64,000 nucleotides of DNA, taken from the NCBI RefSeq assembly GCF_045037415.1, contig NZ_CP173438.1, one strand, 5' to 3'. The position numbers and the translations under genes are program-made. The notes below the pieces were generated by a model, which worked only from the letters and a program-made list of their open reading frames with translations, was not told where the DNA came from and ran no database searches. Below, piece by piece: positions 16,319-33,024 of the stretch (position 1 is its first letter; every line of letters starts with the position of its first letter). The DNA comes from Escherichia coli. Lineage in GTDB: Bacteria; Pseudomonadota; Gammaproteobacteria; Enterobacterales; Enterobacteriaceae.

Positions 16319-17269
16319 ATGAGTATAAAAGAGCAAACGTTAATGACGCCTTACCTACAGTTTGACCGCAACCAGTGGGCAGCTCTGCGTGATTCCGTAC
16401 CTATGACGTTATCGGAAGATGAGATCGCCCGTCTCAAAGGTATTAATGAAGATCTCTCGTTAGAAGAAGTTGCCGAGATCTATTTACCTCTGTCACGTTT
16501 GCTGAACTTCTATATAAGCTCGAATCTGCGCCGTCAGGCAGTTTTGGAACAGTTTCTTGGTACCAACGGGCAACGCATTCCTTACATTATCAGTATTGCT
16601 GGTAGTGTCGCGGTGGGGAAAAGTACAACCGCCCGTGTATTGCAGGCGCTATTAAGCCGTTGGCCGGAACATCGTCGTGTTGAACTGATCACTACAGATG
16701 GCTTCCTTCACCCTAATCAGGTTCTGAAAGAACGTGGTCTGATGAAGAAGAAAGGCTTCCCGGAATCGTATGATATGCATCGCCTGGTGAAGTTTGTTTC
16801 CGATCTCAAATCCGGCGTGCCAAACGTTACAGCCCCTGTTTACTCGCATCTTATTTATGATGTGATCCCGGATGGAGATAAAACGGTTGTTCAGCCTGAT
16901 ATTTTAATTCTTGAAGGGTTAAATGTCTTACAGAGCGGGATGGATTATCCACACGATCCACATCATGTATTTGTTTCTGATTTTGTCGATTTTTCGATAT
17001 ATGTTGATGCACCGGAAGACTTACTTCAGACGTGGTATATCAACCGTTTTCTGAAATTCCGCGAAGGGGCTTTTACAGACCCGGATTCCTATTTTCATAA
17101 CTACGCGAAATTAACTAAAGAAGAAGCTATTAAGACTGCCATGACATTGTGGAAAGAGATCAACTGGCTGAACTTAAAGCAAAATATTCTACCTACTCGC
17201 GAGCGTGCCAGTTTGATCCTGACGAAAAGTGCTAATCATGCAGTAGAAGAGGTCAGACTACGCAAATAA
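16319..17269 (+). CDS. coaA: Pantothenate kinase (type I)
   Basis: Track ORF is 368 aa; trimmed to MSIKEQTL (316 aa); P-loop GSVAVGKST. Confidence 0.93.
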
Positions 17270-17274
17270 TTTTC

Positions 17275-17296
17275 AGGGGAGCTAATGCTCCCCTTT
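17275..17296. terminator. Bidirectional terminator between convergent coaA and birA
   Basis: Hairpin ggggagc-taat-gctcccc with T-rich flank. Confidence 0.55.
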
Positions 17297-17297
17297 C

Positions 17298-18263
17298 TTA
17301 TTTTTCTGCACTACGCAGGGATATTTCACCGCCCATCCAGGGTTTTATTATTCCATCCTGCTCAAGTAATAAAGCACCCTGTTTGTCTATTCCGCGTGAA
17401 ATGCCAAATATTTCTTTATCACCAATGATAAGTTTCACTGGGCGATTAATAAAATTATCCAACTTTTCCCAGCGCGAAAGATAAGGTGCCAATCCTTCTT
17501 GCTCGAAGAGTTCCAGCGCCGCGCGTAATTCACGTATCAGCATGGCCGCAAGACTATTACGATCGAGATTGATCCCGGCTTCCTGCAGCGTGATCCACCC
17601 TTGATTAACGACACTCTCTTCAACACGACGCATTGCCATGTTGATCCCTGCGCCAATGACTATTTGCGCCGCATCGCCGGTTTTGCCAGTCAGCTCCACA
17701 AGAATGCCTGCCAGCTTGCGATCCTGCAGATAGAGGTCATTAGGCCATTTAACACGAACTTTATCTGCACCCAGCTTGCGTAATACTTCCGCCATCACGA
17801 TACCGATAACCAGACTTAAACCAATCGCCGCCGCCGGGCCTTGTTCCAGACGCCAGAACATCGACAAATATAAGTTTGCGCCAAAAGGCGAAAACCATTT
17901 CCGACCCCGGCGACCACGGCCAGCCTGCTGGTATTCTGCAACACAGGCATCGCCCGATTTAAGCTCTCCGATACGATCAAGAAGGTACTGATTCGTGGAG
18001 TCAATAACGGGCAGCACAGTTACACTACCGCCATCCAGCTGACCCAATATCTGTTCAGCATTAAGTAACTGGATAGGCTCAGGCAGGCTGTATCCTTTAC
18101 CCGGAACGGTAAAGACATCAACGCCCCAGTCACGCAGTGTCTGAATGTGTTTATTAATAGCCGCCCGGCTCATTCCTAACGATTCACCCAACTGCTCACC
18201 AGAGTGAAATTCGCCATTCGCTAACAGCGCGATTAATTTCAGCGGAACGGTATTATCCTTCAT
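17298..18263 (-). CDS. birA: Bifunctional biotin-[acetyl-CoA-carboxylase] ligase / biotin operon repressor
   Basis: 321 aa; 4-nt overlap with murB. Confidence 0.95.
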   Translation of the reverse strand: MKDNTVPLKLIALLANGEFHSGEQLGESLGMSRAAINKHIQTLRDWGVDVFTVPGKGYSLPEPIQLLNAEQILGQLDGGSVTVLPVIDSTNQYLLDRIGELKSGDACVAEYQQAGRGRRGRKWFSPFGANLYLSMFWRLEQGPAAAIGLSLVIGIVMAEVLRKLGADKVRVKWPNDLYLQDRKLAGILVELTGKTGDAAQIVIGAGINMAMRRVEESVVNQGWITLQEAGINLDRNSLAAMLIRELRAALELFEQEGLAPYLSRWEKLDNFINRPVKLIIGDKEIFGISRGIDKQGALLLEQDGIIKPWMGGEISLRSAEK

Positions 18264-19288
18264 GAAATCGTCTCCACTGCGCTAACTTCACCTGATGCAC
18301 CAATAAAGCGAACTTCAGGCTCAAGCCAGACATTAAATTTTTCACCCACTTTTTGTCTTACATGAAGTGCCAGTTGCACCACATCTTCGCTTTTTGCATT
18401 GTCTTCATTAATGAGGACTAACGCCTGTTGACGGTGCACCGCAGCCCTACCCATTTGCATCCCTTTTAGCTGGCACTGATCGATAAGCCAACCTGCTGCC
18501 AGTTTTACTGAACCATCCGCCTGGGGATAATTTGGTGCTGTTGGAAATTGTGCCAGTAATACTTTAGCCGTTTCGGCAGATACAACAGGGTTTTTGAAGA
18601 AACTACCGGCATTGCCATTCACTTTTGGATCAGGGAGTTTGGTGGTGCGCATATGACACACCGCATTAAATACTTGCTGTGGCGTTACTGTTGTAGGATC
18701 CAGACGAGTTAAGTCACCATACGTCAGTACAGGTTGCCACTCTTTTGGCAGACGCAGGCCTACGGCTACAATAGCGAAGCGATCCTGGTATTCATGTTTA
18801 AAAATACTGTCGCGATAGCCAAAACGGCACTCTTTGGCAGTTAAGCGCACTTGCTTGCCTGTCGCCAGTTCAACACAATCAACATAAGCGCAAACTCGCT
18901 GTAATTCTACGCCATAAGCACCAATATTCTGGATAGGTGATGAGCCGACACAACCAGGAATTAATGCCAGATTTTCCAGACCAGGCATACCTTCCTGCAA
19001 AGTGTATTTTACAAGGCGATGCCAGTTTTCTCCGGCTCCTACATGTAAATACCACGCATCAGGTTCATCATGAATTTCGATACCTTTGATCCGGTTGATG
19101 ATCACCGTGCCGCGATAGTCTTCCAGAAAAAGTACATTACTTCCTTCACCCAGAATAAGAACGGGTTGTCCTTCTGCGGTTGCATGCTGCCAGGCATTGA
19201 GTAATTGTTGTTCGTCTTCGGCACATACAATGTGCTGAGCATTATGATCAATGCCAAATGTGTTCCAGGGTTTTAAGGAGTGGTTCAT
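18260..19288 (-). CDS. murB: UDP-N-acetylenolpyruvoylglucosamine reductase
   Basis: 342 aa; directly downstream of the rRNA operon. Confidence 0.95.
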   Translation of the reverse strand: MNHSLKPWNTFGIDHNAQHIVCAEDEQQLLNAWQHATAEGQPVLILGEGSNVLFLEDYRGTVIINRIKGIEIHDEPDAWYLHVGAGENWHRLVKYTLQEGMPGLENLALIPGCVGSSPIQNIGAYGVELQRVCAYVDCVELATGKQVRLTAKECRFGYRDSIFKHEYQDRFAIVAVGLRLPKEWQPVLTYGDLTRLDPTTVTPQQVFNAVCHMRTTKLPDPKVNGNAGSFFKNPVVSAETAKVLLAQFPTAPNYPQADGSVKLAAGWLIDQCQLKGMQMGRAAVHRQQALVLINEDNAKSEDVVQLALHVRQKVGEKFNVWLEPEVRFIGASGEVSAVETIS

Positions 19289-19381
19289 AGCTGCTTTCCT
19301 GATGCAAAAACGAGGCTAGTTTACCGTATCTGTGGGGGGATGGCTTGTAGATATGACGACAGGAAGAGTTTATAGAAACGC

Positions 19382-19410
19382 AAAAGGCCCAGTCTTCCGA
19401 CTGGGCCTTT
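19382..19410 (-). terminator. rRNA operon terminator (single hairpin)
   Basis: Hairpin aaaggcccagtc-ggaag-actgggccttt immediately 3' of the 5S gene, with T-run on the minus strand. Confidence 0.7.
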
Positions 19411-19421
19411 CGCTTAATTTG

Positions 19422-19541
19422 ATGCCTGGCAGTTCCCTACTCTCGCATGGGGAGACCCCACACTACCATCGGCGCTACGGCGTTTCACTTCTGAGTTCGG
19501 CATGGGGTCAGGTGGGACCACCGCGCTAAGGCCGCCAGGCA
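19422..19541 (-). rRNA. rrf: 5S ribosomal RNA
   Basis: 120 nt; reverse complement reads TGCCTGGCGGCCTTAGCGCGGTGGTCCCACCTGACCCCATGCCGAACTCAG...GGGAACTGCCAGGCAT. Confidence 0.95.
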
Positions 19542-19641
19542 AATTCTGTTTTATCAACACGTCCCGTTATGACCTGTCGATTTAATCTGCTATCAAGCTT
19601 ACTTATCGATGTCTCTTCCGCCAAAACATCTTCGGCGTTGT

Positions 19642-22545
<2,904 letters not shown>

Positions 22546-22727
22546 TCACAACCCGAAGATGTTTCTTGCGATTCATCATCGTGTCGCGAAAATTTGAGAG
22601 ACTCACGAACAACTTTCGTTGTTCAGTGTTTCAATTTTCAGCTTGATCCAGATTTTTAAAGAGCAAAACTTCGCAGTGAACCTTTGCAGGTACACTCTGA
22701 AGTATTTTTATTTAATCACTACAGAGA

Positions 22728-22803
22728 TGGTGGAGCTATGCGGGATCGAACCGCAGACCTCCTGCGTGCAAAGCAGGCGCTCTCCCAGCTGAGCTATAGC
22801 CCC
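22728..22803 (-). tRNA. tRNA-Ala (TGC), spacer tRNA
   Basis: Reverse complement reads GGGGCTATAGCTCAGCTGGGAGAGCGCCTGCTTTGCACGCAGGAGGTCTGCGGTTCGATCCCGCATAGCTCCACCA. Confidence 0.95.
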
Positions 22804-22845
22804 ATAACATGTAGTTAAAACCTCTTCAAATTTGCGGTGCAAATT

Positions 22846-22922
<77 letters not shown>

Positions 22923-22990
22923 GTAGAGGTTTTACTGCTCATTTTCATCAGACAATCTGTGTGAGCACTTCAAAGTACGCTTCTTTAAGG

Positions 22991-24532
<1,542 letters not shown>

Positions 24533-24699
24533 AAAAGTTTGATGCTCGTGAATTAAACTTCGTAATGAATTACGTGTTCACTCAGAGACTTGGTATTCAT
24601 TTTTCGTCTTGCGACGTCAAGAATCCGTATCTTCGAGTGCCCACACAGATTGTCTGATAAATTGTTAAAGAGCAGTGCCGCTTCGCTTTTCTCAGCGGC

Positions 24700-24880
24700 G
24701 CGGGGTATACATAATACGCTTTCCCGCTACAGAGTCAAGCATTTTTTTGCTTTCCTCTGTTGAGATTCTCAGGAGAACCCCGCTGACCCGGCGGCGTGTT
24801 TGCCGTTGTTCCGTGTCAGTGGTGGCGCATTATAGGGAGTTATTCCGGCCTGACAAGAGGAAATTTAAAATAATTTTCTG
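24700..24880 (-). promoter_or_regulatory. rRNA operon tandem promoters P1 and P2 with UP element
   Basis: P1: UP element AGAAAATTATTTTAAATTTCCT, -35 TTGTCA, -10 TATAAT, discriminator GCGCCACC; P2: -35 TTGACT, -10 TATTATG (all read on the minus strand). Confidence 0.8.
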
Positions 24881-24901
24881 ACCGCGCAACATTCAACCAA
24901 A

Positions 24902-25759
24902 TCAATCTAAAACTGCCAGTTTTTCGAGCGTTTCGAAGCCGTAACGCTGTAAAACGGGCAATAATTGTTCAGCTTCTGGCGTCATTGCCATACAAAATGC
25001 AATATTCGCATCGGCAGATTTTGCATCCGGGGCTTCATGCTCTAACAACCAGGCCGTTCGGCGAGCAATCGCTGCGCCAGAATCCACCAGCCGGGTTCCC
25101 TCTGGCAGCACTTGTAATAGTTCTTCTTGTAGTAGAGGGAAATGGGTGCAACCCAATACAACTGTATCTGGCGGCTCTTTCATTCTTAACCACGGGCGTA
25201 GGATACGTTTTAGCGCATCCAGAGAAACATCTTCGCCATGCAGCTTCGCTTCAGCCAACTCAACCATCTCTGCCGAGCCCAGCATTTCTATCTGGCATTC
25301 ATTAGCGAAACGCGCGATCAGCTCATGAGTATAAGAACGTTTAACAGTTCCGCGGGTTGCCAGTAATCCGACAATGCCATTTGCCGTCAGACGTGCAGCA
25401 GGTTTAATCGCCGGCACGACACCAACAACCGGGAAGTCGAACTTTTCGCGTAATGCAGGAAGTGAAACGGTACTGGCGGTGTTGCAAGCGACCACAGCCA
25501 GCGCAAGGGGATAACGTTCTTGCACTGCGGTGACAATTTCCACCACTCGCTCAACAATAAACACTTCGCTTTTTTCGCCATACGGGAAAGCGACGTTATC
25601 GAAAGCATAAATGTAATGGAGATCCGGCAAGAGATGCCGGATCTCGTCATAGACCGACAACCCACCGACGCCGGAGTCAAACACCAGCACGGTGGGACGT
25701 GGTTCAGAAGGTGTAGCTGCCAGACAAGGTGTATTCCCGTCCTGCAGTTTGGTAGCCAT
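24902..25759 (-). CDS. murI: Glutamate racemase
   Basis: 285 aa; start overlaps the btuB 3' end. Confidence 0.95.
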   Translation of the reverse strand: MATKLQDGNTPCLAATPSEPRPTVLVFDSGVGGLSVYDEIRHLLPDLHYIYAFDNVAFPYGEKSEVFIVERVVEIVTAVQERYPLALAVVACNTASTVSLPALREKFDFPVVGVVPAIKPAARLTANGIVGLLATRGTVKRSYTHELIARFANECQIEMLGSAEMVELAEAKLHGEDVSLDALKRILRPWLRMKEPPDTVVLGCTHFPLLQEELLQVLPEGTRLVDSGAAIARRTAWLLEHEAPDAKSADANIAFCMAMTPEAEQLLPVLQRYGFETLEKLAVLD

Positions 25760-27548
25760 AGACTGTCTCGTAATCTTTGTCGAACAGGTTGGCTATTTTA
25801 CCACGAACTGTCAGGTGAGAGGTGACCGGATATGCAACAGCAAGATCCCACAAGCTCACCCCGCCCATTTTCACTGTTTGATACGGATAAGAGGAGTAAT
25901 CCTTATCATAACGAGAACCTAAGTACTGATAAGTAATCCCCCAGTCGAAGTCATACAACTGCCAGTCGAGCTGGTATTTCACCTGCTGTTTAGCACGGCG
26001 TAACAACGGCGTGTCAGTAATCGCATTGCGCGCATCAACATAATCATAACTCACAGTATGCGTCAGTGGTCCGGTATCAAAATTGGCGGTCGCCTCGACA
26101 CCCTTAATCCGCGCTTTCCCTTCGTTGTAATATTTCAGGGTGTGATCATCATAATCGATCAAGTCACTGACATCGTTACGATATCCGGAAATACGCCAGT
26201 TCACCCCAGCAGTTAAGCCTTCAAACGCGCCTTCCCACTGTTTGCTTTTCTCAGGGTCGAGATTCGGATTTCCGTAGAAACCATACAGTTGTCCAAGATT
26301 TGGTGCCTTATAAGATGTCCCGTAGGAAGCAATAAAGCGATAACCTTCGATAAATTCCCAACCGGCGCTGGTTTGCCAGGTGCCATGACGACCAAACTGT
26401 GAGTTATCGTCGCTACGTGCTGCGCCTTCAAAGGTAAAATCGCCAACTTGTTGCAGCCCGGTCAGATAGATGCCGGTATTACGTTGATCATATCCATCCT
26501 CAACATAAGCTGTGCCCGGTGCCGTGCTCTGCTTCTGCCAGTCAACACCCGCACCAATATTACCGTGGCCAATGATGATGTTGTTTGCCCACTGGACGGT
26601 GTACTGTTTCATCTCATCGAGCGTCGCGGATGAATCATAACGACCATAATGCGGATCGTAGTTGTAATCTTTGCTATGGCTGTAGCTGGTAATCAGTTGT
26701 GATTTAATCAGTTCACCGTTATAGCGCAGTCCGGCATCCCAACTTTGGCTATAGAGTTTACGGGTATCGACCAGTGGCGAGCCGGGAGAATAATATGCGT
26801 CATAATTGGTACGATTATCATAGCCATAGCCGCGCACAAAGCCGCTCCAGACATCAGTAAAATTATGCTCCAGCGCGCCATAAAGCGTTTTACTTAAAAA
26901 ACCATCGTTATCTGGCTGCGCTTGCGTTCCGGTATTACCATAGGCGACAACATCATAACCATGAGTATGGGCATAATCGCCCAACAGCGTTACCCGTGTC
27001 TTATCCCCCAGTTGTTGCTGTGTAGAGACATCATAGTTCTGATAACTATTGCTTCCCCACCCTGCTGAAATTTCCGTTCCGGGGTGATCGCGCGTCGTGA
27101 TGATATTCACGACCCCGCCTATTGCATCTGAACCATAAACAGCGGAGCGCGGCCCACGGATATATTCAACACGCTGGACAAGCGCAATAGGGAACTGACT
27201 AAGATCAGCAGAACCACTCACCCCCGCCAAATTCAGGCGGACGCCATCAATTAACACCAACACATGACTGGCATTTGTACCGCGAATAAAAATAGATGAG
27301 AGCTGACCTGAACCGCCGTTTTGGGTGATATCCACGCCCGGAAGACGGCGCAGCACATCATTGACCGAGGTCGACTGCCAGCGGTCGATATCCTGACGCG
27401 TCACAACAGTAGTTGGCGCAAGCACAGTGCTGCGCGGTTGTTCAAAACGGTTAGCAGTAACGACGAGAGTATCCGGGCTGGTATCCTGTGCCCAAGCGGA
27501 AAATGCCGTGACGGAACACGCCGTCAGCAGCGAAGCTTTTTTAATCAT
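25704..27548 (-). CDS. btuB: TonB-dependent outer-membrane vitamin B12 transporter
   Basis: Track ORF is 629 aa; trimmed to MIKKASLL (614 aa); signal peptide, TonB box DTLVVTA, C-terminal aromatic residue. Confidence 0.95.
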   Translation of the reverse strand: MIKKASLLTACSVTAFSAWAQDTSPDTLVVTANRFEQPRSTVLAPTTVVTRQDIDRWQSTSVNDVLRRLPGVDITQNGGSGQLSSIFIRGTNASHVLVLIDGVRLNLAGVSGSADLSQFPIALVQRVEYIRGPRSAVYGSDAIGGVVNIITTRDHPGTEISAGWGSNSYQNYDVSTQQQLGDKTRVTLLGDYAHTHGYDVVAYGNTGTQAQPDNDGFLSKTLYGALEHNFTDVWSGFVRGYGYDNRTNYDAYYSPGSPLVDTRKLYSQSWDAGLRYNGELIKSQLITSYSHSKDYNYDPHYGRYDSSATLDEMKQYTVQWANNIIIGHGNIGAGVDWQKQSTAPGTAYVEDGYDQRNTGIYLTGLQQVGDFTFEGAARSDDNSQFGRHGTWQTSAGWEFIEGYRFIASYGTSYKAPNLGQLYGFYGNPNLDPEKSKQWEGAFEGLTAGVNWRISGYRNDVSDLIDYDDHTLKYYNEGKARIKGVEATANFDTGPLTHTVSYDYVDARNAITDTPLLRRAKQQVKYQLDWQLYDFDWGITYQYLGSRYDKDYSSYPYQTVKMGGVSLWDLAVAYPVTSHLTVRGKIANLFDKDYETVYGYQTAGREYTLSGSYTF

Positions 27549-27790
27549 TGTAAAGCATCCACAATAGAAGAAGGATGCCGCAGGTTTCATCAATATTACG
27601 CGATGATGAGAACCAGATGCGACGTTGGCCGGCAGGTCTTCGGGCTTGGAGGGGTATCTAAGATACTAAGAGATGATGACTTCCCACCGGATGGCAGTGT
27701 CCGCATAACGCAATCATCGCACCTTTCCTTACCGCTGCGCGTCAGCTCCAGATTCGCACTGGATTCCCTATTAACTCACAGGACCGGCAA
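27549..27790 (-). promoter_or_regulatory. btuB 5' leader containing the cobalamin (AdoCbl) riboswitch
   Basis: About 240-nt leader upstream of btuB; B12-box-like element AAGCCCGAAGACCTGCCGG on the minus strand; boundaries approximate. Confidence 0.75.
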
Positions 27791-27916
27791 GTGGATGCTA
27801 CAGGTTGTAACAAGTTACTGTCCAGACGTAGCTCACAAATAGGAATTCATCAAGATCTGGACATCTGATGAGCAATCCCTACAATCGCCGCGTACTTTAA
27901 TTTTTCAGGATACATC

Positions 27917-29017
27917 ATGACCCCCGAACACCTTCCAACAGAACAGTATGAAGCGCAGTTAGCCGAAAAAGTGGTACGTTTGCAAAGTATGATGGCACCG
28001 TTTTCTGACCTGGTTCCGGAAGTGTTTCGCTCGCCGGTCAGTCATTATCGGATGCGTGCGGAGTTCCGCATCTGGCACGATGGCGATGACCTGTACCACA
28101 TCATTTTCGATCAACAAACCAAAAGTCGTATCCGTGTGGATAGCTTCCCCGCCGCCAGTGAACTTATCAACCAGTTGATGACGGCGATGATTGCGGGTGT
28201 GCGTAATAATCCCATTCTGCGCCACAAGTTGTTCCAGATTGATTACCTCACTACGCTAAGCAATCAAGCGGTTGTTTCCTTGCTGTACCATAAAAAGCTG
28301 GATGATGAGTGGTGTCAGCAGGCGGAAGCCCTGCGCGATGCACTGCGCGCGCAGAATCTGAATGTGCATCTGATTGGTCGGGCAACGAAAACCAAAATCG
28401 CGCTGGATCAGGATTACATCGACGAACGTCTGCCGATCGCGGGGAAAGAGATGATCTACCGTCAGGTAGAAAACAGCTTTACCCAACCGAACGCGGCGAT
28501 GAATATTCAGATGCTGGAATGGGCGCTGGACGTAACCAAAGGCTCAAAAGGCGATTTACTGGAGCTATACTGCGGCAACGGTAACTTTTCATTAGCGCTG
28601 GCACGCAATTTTGATCGGGTATTAGCCACCGAAATCGCCAAGCCGTCAGTCGCCGCCGCGCAATACAACATTGCCGCTAACCATATTGATAACGTACAAA
28701 TTATTCGTATGGCGGCAGAAGAATTTACTCAGGCGATGAATGGTGTGCGCGAGTTTAACCGCCTGCAAGGAATCGACTTAAAGAGTTATCAGTGCGAAAC
28801 CATTTTTGTCGACCCACCGCGCAGCGGTCTGGACAGTGAAACCGAGAAAATGGTGCAGGCGTATCCACGTATTCTGTATATCTCCTGCAATCCGGAAACG
28901 TTATGCAAGAATCTGGAAACATTAAGCCAGACGCACAAGGTCGAACGTCTGGCTCTATTTGATCAGTTCCCCTACACGCACCATATGGAGTGCGGCGTAT
29001 TACTGACCGCGAAGTAA
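27917..29017 (+). CDS. trmA: tRNA (uracil54-C5)-methyltransferase
   Basis: 366 aa; divergent from btuB. Confidence 0.95.
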   Translation: MTPEHLPTEQYEAQLAEKVVRLQSMMAPFSDLVPEVFRSPVSHYRMRAEFRIWHDGDDLYHIIFDQQTKSRIRVDSFPAASELINQLMTAMIAGVRNNPILRHKLFQIDYLTTLSNQAVVSLLYHKKLDDEWCQQAEALRDALRAQNLNVHLIGRATKTKIALDQDYIDERLPIAGKEMIYRQVENSFTQPNAAMNIQMLEWALDVTKGSKGDLLELYCGNGNFSLALARNFDRVLATEIAKPSVAAAQYNIAANHIDNVQIIRMAAEEFTQAMNGVREFNRLQGIDLKSYQCETIFVDPPRSGLDSETEKMVQAYPRILYISCNPETLCKNLETLSQTHKVERLALFDQFPYTHHMECGVLLTAK

Positions 29018-29056
29018 AACCCATGTCGGATGCGCCTGCATCCGGCATGATGCTGA

Positions 29057-29416
29057 TTACTCAGCAACGTCCTGCTTACGGTTACGCATCTTCGCGCCAA
29101 TCCAGAACACCATAATGACGGACAGTACTGCCGGGAAGAAGTTGGAACCGATATCCGGATATTCCGCACGAACTACCGTGCTGTACAGCAGTACGCCGAG
29201 AATAAAACAAGCAGCTGCCAGACCCGGCAAGCCTACCGGCATAGTGCGATTAAGATAACGTTGATGCAGGCAGTAAACTGTCAACACCAGGGAAATAATC
29301 GGGAATACAGAAAATGGTACAATGGAGCTAAACAGCGCTGCGAAAGTACCATTAATCGATAAGCCAGCCACTAGCGCCAGCAGCAGCGTACCTCTATCTT
29401 GATTTGCTTGTTTCAT
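29057..29416 (-). CDS. yijD: Inner-membrane protein YijD
   Basis: 119 aa, hydrophobic; immediately downstream of fabR. Confidence 0.9.
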   Translation of the reverse strand: MKQANQDRGTLLLALVAGLSINGTFAALFSSIVPFSVFPIISLVLTVYCLHQRYLNRTMPVGLPGLAAACFILGVLLYSTVVRAEYPDIGSNFFPAVLSVIMVFWIGAKMRNRKQDVAE

Positions 29417-30063
29417 TACTCGTCCTTCACATTTCCCGGAATAATTGCGGTTTTCTCTTGTTCACGGCGATACCAGTAATAAGCCCCTTTCGAAATCATT
29501 CGCAGCTGCAGTACCAGTCGCTCTTCTAATTGCCGACGTTGCTCGACGCCGACATCCAACGCCTCGGCCCCCGCACTGAAGACAATCGTCACCATTGCTT
29601 CGGCTTGCGCTTCAGTAAACGCACGCGGCATATGGTTTTCGAGTTCCAGATAGTCCGCAAGTTCCGCAATGAAGTGCTGAATTTCACGCGCAACGGCGGC
29701 ACGAAACGCAGCGGAGGTGCCGGAGCGTTCCCGCAATAATAACCGGAAGGCGTTAGGATTATTACCGATGAACTCCATAAATGTGGAGACCGAGGTGCGG
29801 ATCACACTCCCGCCTTTGGCGATACGCTGACGCGCCTGACGCATGAGTTGGCGTAGCATTAAACCGCTCTCATCAACCATGGTCAGACCCAGTTCGTCTA
29901 CGTCGCGGAAATGCCGATAAAAAGAGGTGGGAGCAATGCCTGCTTCTCGTGCCACTTCACGCAAACTCAGGCTGGCGAAGCTGCGTTCAGCACTTAATTG
30001 GCTAAATGCGGCTTCCACCAGCGAACGGCGGGTTTTTTCTTTTTGTTGCGCTCTTACGCCCAT
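29416..30063 (-). CDS. fabR: TetR-family repressor of unsaturated fatty-acid biosynthesis
   Basis: Track ORF is 247 aa; trimmed to [10 protein letters not shown] (215 aa); the start is ambiguous and longer versions begin at 30120 or 30159. Confidence 0.85.
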
Positions 30064-30169
30064 CACGATGTCTGAATCCTTGCCAAAAGTACTGCTGGCA
30101 CTATACCAGAGAATGAACATACTGGATTGCTCCAGTGTTGTGAATGAACGGTAACGCAATAAAACATAT

Positions 30170-31486
30170 TTACTGCAATTCTTTGGCCGGTTCTTTTACG
30201 TACAACAACGCCAGCATCGACAGCAACGTGCCTCCACCCAGATACCACGCCGGAGCCGTCAGACTATCCAGCAACACGATGGATTGCGTAGCGAAATATT
30301 GAGCAAAACCGCCAAAGATTGCCACACCAATGCTATAAACCAGCGCAAAACCCAATGCCCGAATCCGTTTCGGCAACAGTTCAGAGATCAACAACATCAC
30401 TGGCACACCGCCAAGCGTGGTAAAGCTGACCATCACGAAAACCACCGTCAGCAACATGCCAGGGCTTGGGTAATTCACCAACAGCCAGAATGACGGCCAG
30501 CTACAGAGAAGCACCATCACACGGGAGATTAAAATCAGCTTTTTACGCCCGACCGAATCGCACAACATCCCCACAAGCAGCGCACCCACAAACGTAACAA
30601 CGCCCGCCAGTAACATCGCTGCATGAGAATAATGTTGAGGCATCGCCAGATACTTCGCCGCCCAGGTGCCGTAATAAAAGAGGGAGATATAGGTTGCGAC
30701 CGTGCTACCAATAGCGAGTAAAACGCCATTAACGATAGTCGCCTTATGTTGCAGGAGCAGAGAAAACGCGCTTTCGCTGGTAGCAGCTTTTTTATTGCGC
30801 ACAGGCTCAGGTACGTCATTTTCCAGGCTCAGACGCAACCAGCAACCGATAGGTGCTAATAACACACCAATAAAAAACGGCACACGCCAGCCCCATTCTG
30901 CCATTACGGTTTCTGAACCTGTGGCGAACGGTAGCCATGCGCTTAAACCTAAAGCGACAACACCGCCAAAAGTTGTTGCCAGGCCTTGAGTCGCCAGTGA
31001 CCAACTGCTGTAAAAGCCACGACGATTTGCCGGAGCTGACTCCACCAGTAGCGACATTGAAGCCCCGACTTCACCACCTGCCGCAACGCCCTGAATCAAA
31101 CGCGCCAGCACCAGCGTTGCGGTTCCCCAATAGCCCGCCGTTTCATACGTCGGTGCGATGCCGATCATCAGCGTACCGAGGCTCATCAGAGCAATAGTGA
31201 ACACCATCGCCGGTTTACGCCCGAAGCGATCGGCCCAGGCACCAACGATAATCCCACCGAGCGGACGCATAAAAAAGCTCACACCAAACGTTGCAAATGC
31301 CAGTAACAGCGCGACGTTATGATCGGCACTGGGTGGGAAGAAAAGCGTACTGATATAGACCACAAAAAAGTTGTAAACGCCAAAATCAAAAAATTCGAGC
31401 GCATTGCCAAACGCCGAGGCAAAGATCACCCGCCTGCCGCTGGGCTTTTTCTTCACACTCACGGTTTCATTTACGATCGCCGTCAT
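30170..31486 (-). CDS. MFS transporter, metabolite:H+ symporter-like
   Basis: 438 aa, multi-spanning hydrophobic profile; N-terminal [12 protein letters not shown] and loop GWADRFGRK motifs typical of MFS; not present at this position in K-12 as I recall it. Confidence 0.8.
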
Positions 31487-31528
31487 TCCATGTTCCTTGC
31501 CAAAAAGTGTTGTTGTGTGTTGTTTTAT

Positions 31529-32695
31529 TTATTGCAGCCAGGCTTCAACCAGTGCGCCCCAGTAGCTGCTTGCCGGGACCAGGCTTGCATCGTTAAAGTC
31601 GTAACCGGGGTTATGCACCATGCAGGAACCTTCCCCGACATCGCCATTACCGAATAACAGGAAACCGCCTTTGGGTTGGGCCTCCAGCATGAAAGAGAAA
31701 TCTTCACTGCCCATCAGGGGTTTGATGCCAAACTCAGCCCGATCTTCACCAAATGTTTTGCACGCCACCTGCCAGGCGAAGCGCGCCATCTCCTCGTCAT
31801 TTACTAATACCGGTGTACCGTTAACATGCGTAACCTCAGCCGTAGCGCCAAAGCTGGCAGCCTGGGTTTGTGCAAGAGCAGGAATACGGGTCAGAAGAAG
31901 TTGTCGGGTATCGCGGCTAAGAGAGCGGACACTGATTTTCATCTCAGCACTGTCAGGAATGACGTTAGCCGCCTCACCCGCAACAATGCTGCCGACGGTA
32001 ATTACCGCCGCTTCCAGCGGATCGACATTGCGCGACACAATGCTTTGTAATGCGGTGGTGATATGTGCGGCAACCAGCACTGGATCGATGGCTTTGTGCG
32101 GGATCGCACCGTGTCCGCCACAACCACGAACCGTAATATGGAACTGATCCATTGACGCCATCAGCGCCCCAGGCTGGAAGAAAAACTTGCCGACCGGCAA
32201 ACCCGGCATGTTGTGCATCCCGAAAATGACATCGCAGGGGAAACGATCAAAAAGCCCCTCTTTAACCATGATCTCACCGCCGTTAATCATCTCTTCCGCT
32301 GGCTGGAAGATAAGGCGTAACGTGCCGTTAAAACGGCGGGTTTCGGCAAAATAACGCGCGGCCCCCAGCAGTATGGTGGTATGCCCGTCATGCCCGCAGG
32401 CGTGCATTAAACCAGGATGTTTACTGGCCCAGGGCTTGCCACTATTTTCATAAATCGGCAACGCATCCATATCCGCCCGCAGGCCAATACTTTTCTCTCC
32501 GTCGCCCACTTTTAACGTGGCTACCACGCCGGTTGTCGCCAGCCCTTGCTCAACCTCATAGCCCCACTGGCGCAGCTTTTCCGCAACCAAAGCACTGGTT
32601 TTAAATTCTTGTAATCCCAGCTCCGGGTTTTCGTGGATCTGATGGCGGATCTCGCGAAGTTCTTCCTCAAACCCACGAATATAGTGTTCGATCAT
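31529..32695 (-). CDS. M20D-family amidohydrolase (hippurate hydrolase / N-acyl-amino-acid amidohydrolase-like)
   Basis: 388 aa; metal-binding ACGHDGH motif; 42-bp gap to the downstream MFS gene suggests a two-gene operon. Confidence 0.8.
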   Translation of the reverse strand: MIEHYIRGFEEELREIRHQIHENPELGLQEFKTSALVAEKLRQWGYEVEQGLATTGVVATLKVGDGEKSIGLRADMDALPIYENSGKPWASKHPGLMHACGHDGHTTILLGAARYFAETRRFNGTLRLIFQPAEEMINGGEIMVKEGLFDRFPCDVIFGMHNMPGLPVGKFFFQPGALMASMDQFHITVRGCGGHGAIPHKAIDPVLVAAHITTALQSIVSRNVDPLEAAVITVGSIVAGEAANVIPDSAEMKISVRSLSRDTRQLLLTRIPALAQTQAASFGATAEVTHVNGTPVLVNDEEMARFAWQVACKTFGEDRAEFGIKPLMGSEDFSFMLEAQPKGGFLLFGNGDVGEGSCMVHNPGYDFNDASLVPASSYWGALVEAWLQ

Positions 32696-33024
32696 CGGCT
32701 ATTCCTTTATTCACTTATAAACAGGCTAATTAACGGATTTTATTGATGGTATAAATACAAATAACCCATCAATATAAAATATTTATACATTTGTTTTATA
32801 AGAAGATTTCATAAAGACAATAACAAAAAAGCACGCTTCGGCAAGATAAAACTATCAGCCATAAGAAAAAGCGATTAATAGTGAATAAATAAAATAAGAA
32901 GGAGGAAGACAAAGCAAAGGCCGCTCACGATATAGCCAGATAAATGACGGGGATCAATTGGCTTACCCGCGATAAAATGTTACCATTCTGTTGCTTTTAT
33001 GTATAAGAACAGGTAAGCCCTACC

